From Candidatus Methylomirabilota bacterium (GTDB lineage Bacteria; Methylomirabilota; Methylomirabilia; Rokubacteriales; CSP1-6), in NCBI GenBank assembly GCA_046726415.1, contig JBKPAK010000186.1, forward strand, positions 1 through 25,731: a stretch of 25,731 bases of DNA, given 5' to 3'. Below are positions 1-7,072 of the stretch, piece after piece (the stretch's first letter is position 1; the number at the start of each line of letters is the position of its first letter). The notes beneath the pieces were generated by a model, which worked only from the letters and a program-made list of their open reading frames with translations, did not search any database and was not told the origin of the DNA. Position numbers and translations under genes: made by a program.

Positions 1-263
1 TCCCAGGCGTTGTAGAGCATGCCGAGGGCGTTGCCGAGTCCGGGTGCCACGTGCAGGTTCACCACGCCGGTCTTGCCGCTGGCCTGCGCGTAGTAATGGG
101 CGGCGCCCAGCGCCACCGCCTCGTGCAGGGCGAGGATGTACCGAGGCCGAGGCCGCTCGACCAGCGCGTCGACGAGAGGACTTTCCGTCGTGCCAGGGTT
201 GCCGAACATCACATCGACGCCGTGAGCGTCCAGTGTGTCCATGAGCACGTGCTTTCCGCGCAT
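1..263 (-). CDS. Thiamine diphosphate-dependent enzyme, benzoylformate decarboxylase-like (N-terminal part; runs off window)
   Basis: Not in ORF track. Manual translation from ATG 263: MRGKHVLMDTLDAHGVDVMFGNPGTTESPLVDAL...YILALHEAVALGAAHYYAQASGKTGVVNLHVAPGLGNALGMLYNAW. FGNPGTTE, LHE and NLH..PGLGNA motifs of the PYR domain; GGAGG Shine-Dalgarno upstream. Confidence 0.9.
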   Translation of the reverse strand, partial: MRGKHVLMDTLDAHGVDVMFGNPGTTESPLVDALVERPRPRYILALHEAVALGAAHYYAQASGKTGVVNLHVAPGLGNALGMLYNAW

Positions 264-298
264 CGAGAGTCCTCCCGCCAAATGGGGTCGCCGCGATT

Positions 299-727
299 CT
301 ACCTGGAAGCGAGCATGACCAGCGAGATGCGGTTCCGACCCTCGGCGTACCGGTATTCCAGATTCGTGGTCAGCCGCGCGAGCAGGATCAGTCCGAGCTT
401 GCCCAGCGGCCACTCTTCCGGCGCGTCCAACGTCGCTGATGCGTCGGGTCGCTGGGCGATCGCGACGGGGTCGAACGGCGGTCCGGTGTCCTCGTAGGTC
501 ACGGCCACCCGCCCTCGCTGAACTTCGAGCGCGATCTGGATGGGCCCCTCACTGTCACCGCCATGGCCATGGGCCACGGTGTTGGTGAACAGCTCCTCGA
601 CGACGAGGGTGAGCCGCAGGCAGTCGTGGCGGTCGAATTCGGCCGCGGCGCCCGCGTCTTCGACGAAGGCCGCCACGCGCGCCAGCGCCTCCATCTTGGC
701 GGGAAACACTCCCACGCGCCGGCTCAC
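299..727 (-). CDS. RsbW/SpoIIAB-like anti-sigma factor Ser kinase (HATPase_c_2)
   Basis: 142 aa. N-box EELFTNTVAHG, G1 box EDTGPPFDP, G2-like LGKLGL; AAGGAG before the GTG start. Confidence 0.9.
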   Translation of the reverse strand: MSRRVGVFPAKMEALARVAAFVEDAGAAAEFDRHDCLRLTLVVEELFTNTVAHGHGGDSEGPIQIALEVQRGRVAVTYEDTGPPFDPVAIAQRPDASATLDAPEEWPLGKLGLILLARLTTNLEYRYAEGRNRISLVMLASR

Positions 728-795
728 CCGAGCGAGCTCCTTCGGTTAGGGCTTGATCCGGTACCGGCCCCTGGCGGACACTCCGCGAGGACGCT

Positions 796-1251
796 ATGCC
801 ACCGCGATTCCTGCGCGCCGCTGCGGTAGCCCTCATCACCCTGGCGCCGCTCGCCGCAGCCCTGGCCGCCAATGCGGGCAAAGTCAAAGTCTCGCGCGGC
901 GCCGCCTGGATCGAGCGGGCCGGGAACCGGCTGCCGGCCCAGGTCGGCACGGCCGTCCTGGAGTCGGACGTGATCGTCACAGGAGCCGACGGCTCCCTGG
1001 GCATCACCTTCGCCGACGACAGCCTGCTCTCGATCGGGCCGAACAGCGCCGTGGCCATCGATCGGTTCGCCTTCGATCCGGCCACTCATCGGGGATCGTT
1101 CCGGACCACTCTCCGCAAAGGCACGCTGTCCGCCGTGTCGGGGAAGCTCACCCGCCAGTCCCCGGACTCGATGAAGGTGAGAACGCCTTCCGCGATCCTG
1201 GGCGTGCGCGGAACGGAGTTCCTCGTTCGCACCGGCGAACTGACGGACTGA
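796..1251 (+). CDS. Secreted FecR-domain protein
   Basis: 151 aa. Signal peptide followed by FecR beta-domain motifs ESDVIVTGADG, FADDSLLSIGPNS, LRKGTL, VRTPSAILGVRGTEF; GAGGA RBS. Confidence 0.88.
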   Translation: MPPRFLRAAAVALITLAPLAAALAANAGKVKVSRGAAWIERAGNRLPAQVGTAVLESDVIVTGADGSLGITFADDSLLSIGPNSAVAIDRFAFDPATHRGSFRTTLRKGTLSAVSGKLTRQSPDSMKVRTPSAILGVRGTEFLVRTGELTD

Positions 1252-1272
1252 GGCAACGCGCATGTCAGAAAG

Positions 1273-1346
1273 TCGACGAGTGCCGGGTGTCGAGGGCCGC
1301 CACCCCGAGCGCCGGGGGCCTTGGCGGGCCGTGTCGAGCCCCCCAT
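1273..1346 (-). repeat. Dispersed palindromic element, copy C (internally deleted, opposite strand to A and B)
   Basis: tcgagggccgccac-cccgagcgccgggggccttggcgggccgtgtcgagccccccat aligns with the reverse complement of copy B (tcgaggggcgccac[...]cccgagcgtttggggggtttggggggccctttcgaggccccccat). Preceded by a half-unit tcgacgagtgccggg, as in copy B. Confidence 0.7.
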
Positions 1347-1962
1347 GAGGACCACCCTGCTCGCTCTGATCGCCCTGCTCGGGGCGGGGTGCGCGCGGAC
1401 GCCGATCGTCGCGCAACGGTCGCCACCGGCCCGCCCACTCTACGTGCTCCTCCCGGGGCCCGACGGAAAAGTCGGAGCGATCACGGTGACTCACGGCGCC
1501 GAACAACGGACCCTCGATGGCGCGTATGCCACGGCGCGGATCCCCGAAGTCGGGCGGGTCGAGATCGGGCGCACCACGGAAGCAGAGGTTCGGGAGATCT
1601 TCGGCGCGGTCCTCGGCGCGCAGCCGCTCCGCCCGGCGTCGTTCACGCTCTTCTTCGCCTTCGGTACGGACGTGCTCACGCCAGAGTCCGTGCAGGCCCT
1701 CGGCGAGGCCGTCGCCGAGGTCTCGCGTCGGCCCGCGGCCGAGGTCATCGTCACTGGCCACACCGATCGGGTGGGTACCGATCAGCAGAATGATGCCCTC
1801 TCGCTGCAGCGAGCCGAGCGGATTCTCCGGGAACTGATGAAGCTCGGCGTGTCCGCCGAGCACATCGCGACGGTGGGACGGGGTGAGCGCGAGCCGCTCG
1901 TCCCCACAGAGGATGAGGTTCCCGAACCTCGGAATCGTCGGGTCGAGATCACGGTGCGCTGA
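1345..1962 (+). CDS. OmpA-family peptidoglycan-binding lipoprotein
   Basis: Start set at ATG 1345 (MRTTLLALIALLGAG-C, lipobox). C-terminal OmpA domain: F.FGTD.L, VTGHTDRVG, NDALSLQRA, GRGEREP, NRRVEI. Confidence 0.92.
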   Translation: MRTTLLALIALLGAGCARTPIVAQRSPPARPLYVLLPGPDGKVGAITVTHGAEQRTLDGAYATARIPEVGRVEIGRTTEAEVREIFGAVLGAQPLRPASFTLFFAFGTDVLTPESVQALGEAVAEVSRRPAAEVIVTGHTDRVGTDQQNDALSLQRAERILRELMKLGVSAEHIATVGRGEREPLVPTEDEVPEPRNRRVEITVR

Positions 1963-4180
1963 TCGCGGGCAGGCGCCCCCCGCCCGTCCATCGCACCACA
2001 AGAATCGTCAGATCGTCGGAGGCCTCGGCGCCGCCGGCAAATCGCCCCACATCCGCGCGGATCGCCTCGCCGACCTCGACGGCGGTGGCCGATGGCCCGA
2101 GACCACCTAGGATGCGGTCTAATCTGCGGCGGCCGTATAGCTCTCCCCCTGCGTTGACGGCCTCGGTCACGCCGTCCGTCACCAGGCAGATCGTCTCGCC
2201 CGGCCGCAGCTGGTGGGATGCAGCCACGTACGGAAAGTCGTCGATCACGCAGAGGGGCGGCCCTCCGCTCTCCGTGAGCCGACCGGCCCCGAACCCGCCA
2301 GCGTCGAGAAGCCACGCCGGCTCGTGGCCGGCATTGCAGTACTCGAGCCGGCCGGTGGCCGCATCGAGCACGCCGGCCCATGCGGTGACGAACAACGCTT
2401 CCGCGTTGTCACGCGAGATCTCCGCATTGGACTCGCGCATCATGGCCCCGAGGTCGCCGGCGCGGCGGAGCGCGATGCTCTTGCACAGGACCTTGCTTAC
2501 CGCCATGAACAGACAGCCGGGGACGCCCTGCCCGGAGACGTCGCCGACGAGGAAGAACAGACGATCGCGATCCAGCCGGAAGAAGTCGTAGAGGTCCCCC
2601 CCCCCACGATGCGCGCTGGATCCAGGCACGCGTAGAGCTTGACTCGATCGTCCCCCCGAAGCGCGTCGGCGGGCTTCGGCAGGACCCCCATCTGAATTCG
2701 CCGAGCGGCTTCCAGCTCCCCGGCCACCCGCGCCGAGGCCTCCCGCTCGGCCTCGAGCTGCCGGCGCAGAGTACGGCGTTGACGTTGGACCTCGGTCAAC
2801 GTGAACCCGAGCATTGCGGCATACACCAGGCCGATCCCCACCGACGGCATCACCGCGTCGGCCAAGATGCCGAACCGGAGATAGAGAATGCCCCCGAGCG
2901 CGAGCGGCGCCGCGACCAGCGCGGCGGCGAGCAACGCAGAATGCCCCGCCGGCCACCCCGGCACGGCGAAGACCAGGAGAGCGCCCCCGACGGCGAGAAG
3001 CGCCGCCTCTCCCCAGCGGGCCCAGCGGGGACGGACCAGTACGCCGCCGTCGAAGATGCCCTCCAGCAGTTGCGCGTGGATCTCGACGCCTGGCATGCGC
3101 AGGCGCTACCGGCGTCGCATGGCGATCGCCGAGACCGAGTGCAGTCACGCCGATCAACACCAGCTTTCGCTCGAACTGGCGCGGATCGGCTCGCCCAGAC
3201 AGGACCTCGCCCGCGGAGATGAAGCGCGATGGATCAGGAGGGGCAAAGTGGATCCACACCGAGGCGTCGGGTTCGGTGGGAATCGCCAGGTCACCGATCC
3301 CCACTGACTGCACCCCGCGCGCCTGGCTCTGGATCACCAGGGCCGGTTCGCCGCTCGCGACACGCAGCATCTCGACTCCCAGCGCCGGCACGATGGCTTC
3401 AGCGACCGTAGCGACCAAGGACATGCGCCGAACGATCCGCGTGCCGCCTACGGCGTTGATAAGGCCGTGGCCGACCGCGCCACGGTCGATCGCATCCACG
3501 CTGCGGAGCGCAGCGGGAAAGTGCCGCAGAAAGGGTCGAGGATCGCCACCCATCATGCGAACCGGCGTCTGCTGGACCAGGATGGCGCCCCCGGGCTCGC
3601 GCGCGTCGAGCCCGATCATCCCGACGACGGCCGGGCGGTGCTGCAGGGTGGCCCCCAGCAGCGCATCGCTGCTGGGAAGGCGTGCGAGTTCGCGCGCGAG
3701 CAGGGGGTCAAACCCCCCGATCACGTCGGAGAGGCGGTCGGGTGAGAGGCGATCTGGCTCGGACATTACGATGTCGATTCCGATGGCCGCCGGCTGCCCC
3801 TCGGCAATGGCGGCAACGAGTTGGGCCAGCCTCGTGCGGGGCCAGGGCCACTGATCGAACCGAGCGAGGCTGGAGTCGTCGATATCGACGATGACTACCG
3901 GCGCGGACATGCGGCGGCGCGGGGCGAGCGCCTGGTAGATATCGAATGCGGCGAGCCGTAGCACGCGGACGGGCATCACCTCGGGGGCGAGCACCAGGGC
4001 CACGAGCAAAGCGACGAGGGCCAGTCCCGCGGGGCGGCCGCGCGGATGTAACTTGGGGGGCACCGAAATGGCCCTCACCGCCCCCGATACTTGGGGCGCC
4101 CCGGCCAAGCCGTGGCACCCCTCGAGACCCCTCGGCGCTCGAGCGGTTCCGACGCAGCCGTGGCCCCTCTCGATAGCCAC
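1949..4180 (-). CDS. CHASE2 sensor / transmembrane / SpoIIE (PP2C) Ser phosphatase, interrupted by two compensating frameshifts (about 3100 and 2596-2605); start uncertain
   Basis: CHASE2 motifs VVIVDIDD.SL, QWPWPR, IGIDIVMSEPD, KLVLIG.TA.GL. True continuation lies in ORF 2497..3096 (MPGVEIHAQLLE, three hydrophobic helices, ELEAARRIQ..LP, PARIVGG). PP2C motifs GDLYDF, GDVSG.G, NAGH, TDGVTEA, DDLT follow in the first frame. Confidence 0.9.
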   Translation of the reverse strand: MAIERGHGCVGTARAPRGLEGCHGLAGAPQVSGAVRAISVPPKLHPRGRPAGLALVALLVALVLAPEVMPVRVLRLAAFDIYQALAPRRRMSAPVVIVDIDDSSLARFDQWPWPRTRLAQLVAAIAEGQPAAIGIDIVMSEPDRLSPDRLSDVIGGFDPLLARELARLPSSDALLGATLQHRPAVVGMIGLDAREPGGAILVQQTPVRMMGGDPRPFLRHFPAALRSVDAIDRGAVGHGLINAVGGTRIVRRMSLVATVAEAIVPALGVEMLRVASGEPALVIQSQARGVQSVGIGDLAIPTEPDASVWIHFAPPDPSRFISAGEVLSGRADPRQFERKLVLIGVTALGLGDRHATPVAPAHARRRDPRATAGGHLRRRRTGPSPLGPLGRGGASRRRGRSPGLRRAGVAGGAFCVARRRAGRGAARARGHSLSPVRHLGRRGDAVGGDRPGVCRNARVHVDRGPTSTPYSAPAARGRAGGLGAGGRGAGSRSANSDGGPAEARRRASGGRSSQALRVPGSSAHRGGGDLYDFFRLDRDRLFFLVGDVSGQGVPGCLFMAVSKVLCKSIALRRAGDLGAMMRESNAEISRDNAEALFVTAWAGVLDAATGRLEYCNAGHEPAWLLDAGGFGAGRLTESGGPPLCVIDDFPYVAASHQLRPGETICLVTDGVTEAVNAGGELYGRRRLDRILGGLGPSATAVEVGEAIRADVGRFAGGAEASDDLTILVVRWTGGGRLPAISAP

Positions 4181-4220
4181 CTGGCTCGGAGCGCCCGGGC
4201 GAAGCCTCGGCGCACCTCGA
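4053..4220 (+). repeat. Dispersed palindromic element, copy A, with three tandem ~37-bp hairpin units
   Basis: Head ttggggggcaccgaaatggccctcaccgccccc, then units ending in CTCGA at 4125, 4173 and 4220 (period 47-48 bp): cttggggcgccccggccaagccgtggcacccctcga; ctcgagcggttccgacgcagccgtggcccctctcga; ctcggagcgcccgggcgaagcctcggcgcacctcga. Confidence 0.85.
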
Positions 4221-4232
4221 TTCTCGTGCGGC

Positions 4233-5192
4233 TCAGATCGGGATTTCCATGCCGTCGTAGGCGGCCGAGATCTCTAGCCGATGGTCGCCGCGGGTGATCT
4301 CCTCCAGTCGCCGTGTCTCCCGTAGCACGGCAGCGATCTGCGCGTCTCCGAGGATCGGCTCGTGGTGATAGAGGCAGAGATGCCGGACCCGCGCCAGCTG
4401 GCACAGCTCCACGCCGACGACGTTGCTCGAGTGGCCCCAGTCTTCCTTGACCGTCACCGCCTCGGCCAGTGAATACTGCGCGTCGAAGATGACGAGGTCG
4501 GCGGCGCGGAAGAACTCCACGAACGCGCGCGTCTCATCCGGATCGTCCAGCTTGTGCTCGGAATCGGTGGAGTAGACGATGGCCTTGCCCTGACCCTCGA
4601 AGCGGTAGCCGTAGGAGTCGCCGGTGTGGCGCTGCCGCTTGGGCGTTACCCGCAGCCCCGCGATCTCGTGCACGCGGCCGGGCTCCAACCGAACGAACTC
4701 GATGCTCGCGCTGAGCTGAGCGAATTCGACGGGGAACGATGGCGCCCCGTGCTGACGCCGGAAGGCCTCCTCGAGGGCCGCGTGGCAGCCATAAATCCTG
4801 ATGTGGTTCCCCGGGATGTACGCCGGCGTGAAGAACGGGAACCCCAAGATGTGGTCCCAATGCACATGGGACATGAAGACGTGAAACGTGTTGGGCCGAG
4901 CCGACCCGTGGCGGTTCAGCACGTCGACGCCGAAGGCACGGGCGCCGCTGCCCAGATCGCAGAGCACGTACTCACCCCGTCCCGTCTCGATCTCCACGCA
5001 CGAGGACTCACCTCCGAACGTATGGGAGACGGCAAAGTCGAGCTCGTGCTCGACGAAGGCTTGCGCCTTCTCCGGGGTCTCCAGCGCGCGCCCAGAGGCC
5101 TGAACCAACGCCTTTACGAGCTTCTCCTGAACGGCCGCGGCGCCGAGCGCCACCGGGATCGAGCCGCGTGTGCCCCAGAAGCGAACGATCAT
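4233..5192 (-). CDS. MBL-fold metallo-hydrolase (RNase Z / phosphodiesterase-like)
   Basis: 319 aa. N-terminal FWGTRGSIP, DLGSG, HxHxDH motif (SHVHWDH), YSTDSEH, DAQY, WGHS, YHHEP. Start overlaps the STAS stop (TGATG). Confidence 0.92.
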   Translation of the reverse strand: MIVRFWGTRGSIPVALGAAAVQEKLVKALVQASGRALETPEKAQAFVEHELDFAVSHTFGGESSCVEIETGRGEYVLCDLGSGARAFGVDVLNRHGSARPNTFHVFMSHVHWDHILGFPFFTPAYIPGNHIRIYGCHAALEEAFRRQHGAPSFPVEFAQLSASIEFVRLEPGRVHEIAGLRVTPKRQRHTGDSYGYRFEGQGKAIVYSTDSEHKLDDPDETRAFVEFFRAADLVIFDAQYSLAEAVTVKEDWGHSSNVVGVELCQLARVRHLCLYHHEPILGDAQIAAVLRETRRLEEITRGDHRLEISAAYDGMEIPI

Positions 5193-5575
5193 CAGGCGGG
5201 AGCCGCGGCGTCGAAGGCCACGAGAGACTCCGCGGAGATGGCGGCCAGCGCGTCGCGGACAGAGGGAAACACGGTGAAGAGCAACGTGAATCGGCTGATC
5301 TCGAAGACCTCGCGCACGACGGGTTGCAGAGCGGCCACCACCAGCGTCCCGCCCTGGGCCTTGGCCTGCCGCGAGGCCAGCATGAGCGCGCGCAACCCGG
5401 CGCTGGCGATGTACTCCACACCCGCGAGATCGAGCACCACTCGATCCTGGCCGTCAGCACAGGCCCCGAGCTGAGCGAGCAGCGCCACCTTGAATGGCTC
5501 GGCCGTGGCGTGGTCGATGCGACCCGCGGGGGACAGCACCAGGGTCTTGGCGAAGCGCCTCGGCGCCAGTTCCAT
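5192..5575 (-). CDS. STAS-domain anti-sigma factor antagonist (RsbV/SpoIIAA-like)
   Basis: ATG 5575 with AGGAG RBS; 127 aa. GRID, VVLDLAGVEYIASAGLRAL (phosphoacceptor Ser retained), VREVFEISRF. Confidence 0.92.
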   Translation of the reverse strand: MELAPRRFAKTLVLSPAGRIDHATAEPFKVALLAQLGACADGQDRVVLDLAGVEYIASAGLRALMLASRQAKAQGGTLVVAALQPVVREVFEISRFTLLFTVFPSVRDALAAISAESLVAFDAAAPA

Positions 5576-5622
5576 GTGTCTCCTGCGTGCACCGAGGGCG
5601 TGACCGCGTCCCGGCTCGGCGC

Positions 5623-5631
5623 ATTCTATCA
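5623..5631 (-). promoter_or_regulatory. Candidate extended -10 promoter (TGnTAGAAT) for the STAS-MBL-CHASE2 operon
   Basis: Minus strand TGATAGAAT about 48 nt upstream of the STAS ATG, in an otherwise GC-rich intergenic region. Confidence 0.45.
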
Positions 5632-5698
5632 TCGCCACGCCGCGCCCCTTGACCCACCGCGCCAGCGGTGGGAAACACGGGAGCCGATGCGCTCGGCG

Positions 5699-6562
5699 TC
5701 ACCCCAGCTTTCGCGCGCTGGCGGGGCTCGACGACGTCCTGGCTGCCGAATCCGCCTGCCGGCGATACCGCAAGAACAGGAGGTCGCGCTCCCGCTGAGG
5801 CACGGGGTAGCCCACGTACCCGGTGGCCGCGATGGCCCGGGCCAGCTCGCGCGCCTCGTCGTCGAAGAAGCGGCCGACGGCTCGAAGGTCCTCCTGGATC
5901 TCCCCCCGCCTGGCCCGCGCGCTCGCTTGCTCGAGCAAGCGCAGGGACAGCTCTTCGAGCGCGTCCCGCGAAAGCCCTCGGAGCAAACGACCCCACGGGG
6001 CCGGCCAGTCGGTCGGCAGACGACGGAACGCGAAGACATACGAGTGAGCCGCGCGGCTGACCCGGCCACGGCGCGGGTTCGGATGCCCCACGAGGCGGAG
6101 CATGCGCATCAGCGAGAAGAAGGCCTCACCGGTCACCTCGCGCGATCGGAAGGCCCCGTGGAACTCGAACTCCGGGAAGGCGTCGGGAAGGGTGGTCAGG
6201 CAAAACGCGGTCTCCGCGCCGTCCGCCCGCACTCCGATGAACGGATAGAGGAAGGGGAACGCGCCGGCAACGTTGTCCCGAGGCCGCAGCGCCTGGATGA
6301 GGCGGATCTCGTGGAGCGACGCGTCCAGCTCGGACTCGCATACCTCCCACGCGATGCGCGCCGCCGATCTCACTAGCGCGCGGCGCTTGCGATCCCTCTT
6401 CGTCTGGCGGTTCGTTCGATACTGGGCGAGCCGCCGGCGAAGATCGCGGGCCTTGCCCACGTAGAGCAAGATCCCGGCACTGTCGTAGAGTCGATACACG
6501 CCAGGCTGAGCGGGAACGTCGGCGAGAAAGTCGGCGCCGAACTTCCGATCGAATGCCCCCAC
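5699..6562 (-). CDS. GIY-YIG nuclease family protein (UvrC/Cho-like N-terminal domain plus uncharacterised C-terminal region)
   Basis: Start set at GTG 6562 (287 aa). PAQPGVYRLYD...LLYVGKARDLRRRLAQY, ASLHEIRLIQALRPRDN. Confidence 0.85.
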   Translation of the reverse strand: MGAFDRKFGADFLADVPAQPGVYRLYDSAGILLYVGKARDLRRRLAQYRTNRQTKRDRKRRALVRSAARIAWEVCESELDASLHEIRLIQALRPRDNVAGAFPFLYPFIGVRADGAETAFCLTTLPDAFPEFEFHGAFRSREVTGEAFFSLMRMLRLVGHPNPRRGRVSRAAHSYVFAFRRLPTDWPAPWGRLLRGLSRDALEELSLRLLEQASARARRGEIQEDLRAVGRFFDDEARELARAIAATGYVGYPVPQRERDLLFLRYRRQADSAARTSSSPASARKLG

Positions 6563-6736
6563 CCGTCCATCTTCCCGATCCCCGGCGGTTTTCGGCAAGC
6601 TTTCTGGGGGGGCGGGCCGCCCAGTCCAGCCCATGGCTGGCGCACTCGAGGGCTCAGACGAGACGCGCGGCACGAACACGAAGGCCACCAGACACGGCGC
6701 CTGGCCTCGAGCGGGCGGCGCGCGGAACGCTAGAAG

Positions 6737-7057
6737 CAGAAGATCGCCATGGGCTACATCTTGACCGGGCGCCACATGACGGCCCAGGAAGCGCACCGCT
6801 GGGGCATCGTCAACGAGGTGGTGCCCCTCCCGCAGCTCATGCCGACGGCCATGAAATGGGCGGACGAGATTCTGCACTGCGCGCCGCTCTCGATCCGCGC
6901 CAGCAAGCAGGCGGCGATGCTGGGCCTCGGTCACCCGCTCGACATCGCCTTGGCCATGAACTACACGGAGAACACTCGGATGCGGCGCTCCGAAGACACC
7001 GTGGAAGGGCCCCGGGCGTTCGCCGAGAAGCGCAAGCCCAACTGGCAAGCGCGCTAG
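6737..7057 (+). pseudogene. C-terminal fragment of an enoyl-CoA hydratase (crotonase superfamily)
   Basis: QKIAMGYILTGRHMTAQEAHRWGIVNEVVP...APLSIRASKQAA...SEDTVEGPRAFAEKRKPNWQAR is the last ~105 aa of a crotonase. In-frame TAG at 6731 and no N-terminal catalytic region upstream. Confidence 0.85.
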
Positions 7058-7072
7058 CGGGGAACGCCGTCC

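Noticed and set aside
724-2001. Long antisense or alternate-frame ORFs (e.g. 724..2001, 5168..6376, 7154..8629, 9912..11141, 15363..16673, 20823..21959, 23482..24681)
   Set aside because: Shadow ORFs of real genes in high-GC DNA; Arg/Gly/Pro-rich with no recognisable motifs.
1949-4180. The 743-aa ORF as an intact protein and 2497..3096 as a separate gene
   Set aside because: They are alternating frames of a single gene with two indels.
4088-4220. Three ~37-bp palindromic repeats as a CRISPR array
   Set aside because: Linkers are only about 10 nt, the units are highly degenerate, related units occur dispersed elsewhere, and no cas genes are present.
6600-6715. Possible further copy of the palindromic element (ggcgcactcgag, ggcctcgag)
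   Set aside because: Similarity is limited to a few bases around CTCGA, with no hairpin or head segment.
6563-7048. N-terminal extensions in the ORF track (GIY-YIG from 7048, TcuA from 8683, crotonase from 11965, cyclase from 16939, amidohydrolase from 25056)
   Set aside because: Extensions overlap other genes or repeats; downstream starts have better RBS and match family N-termini.
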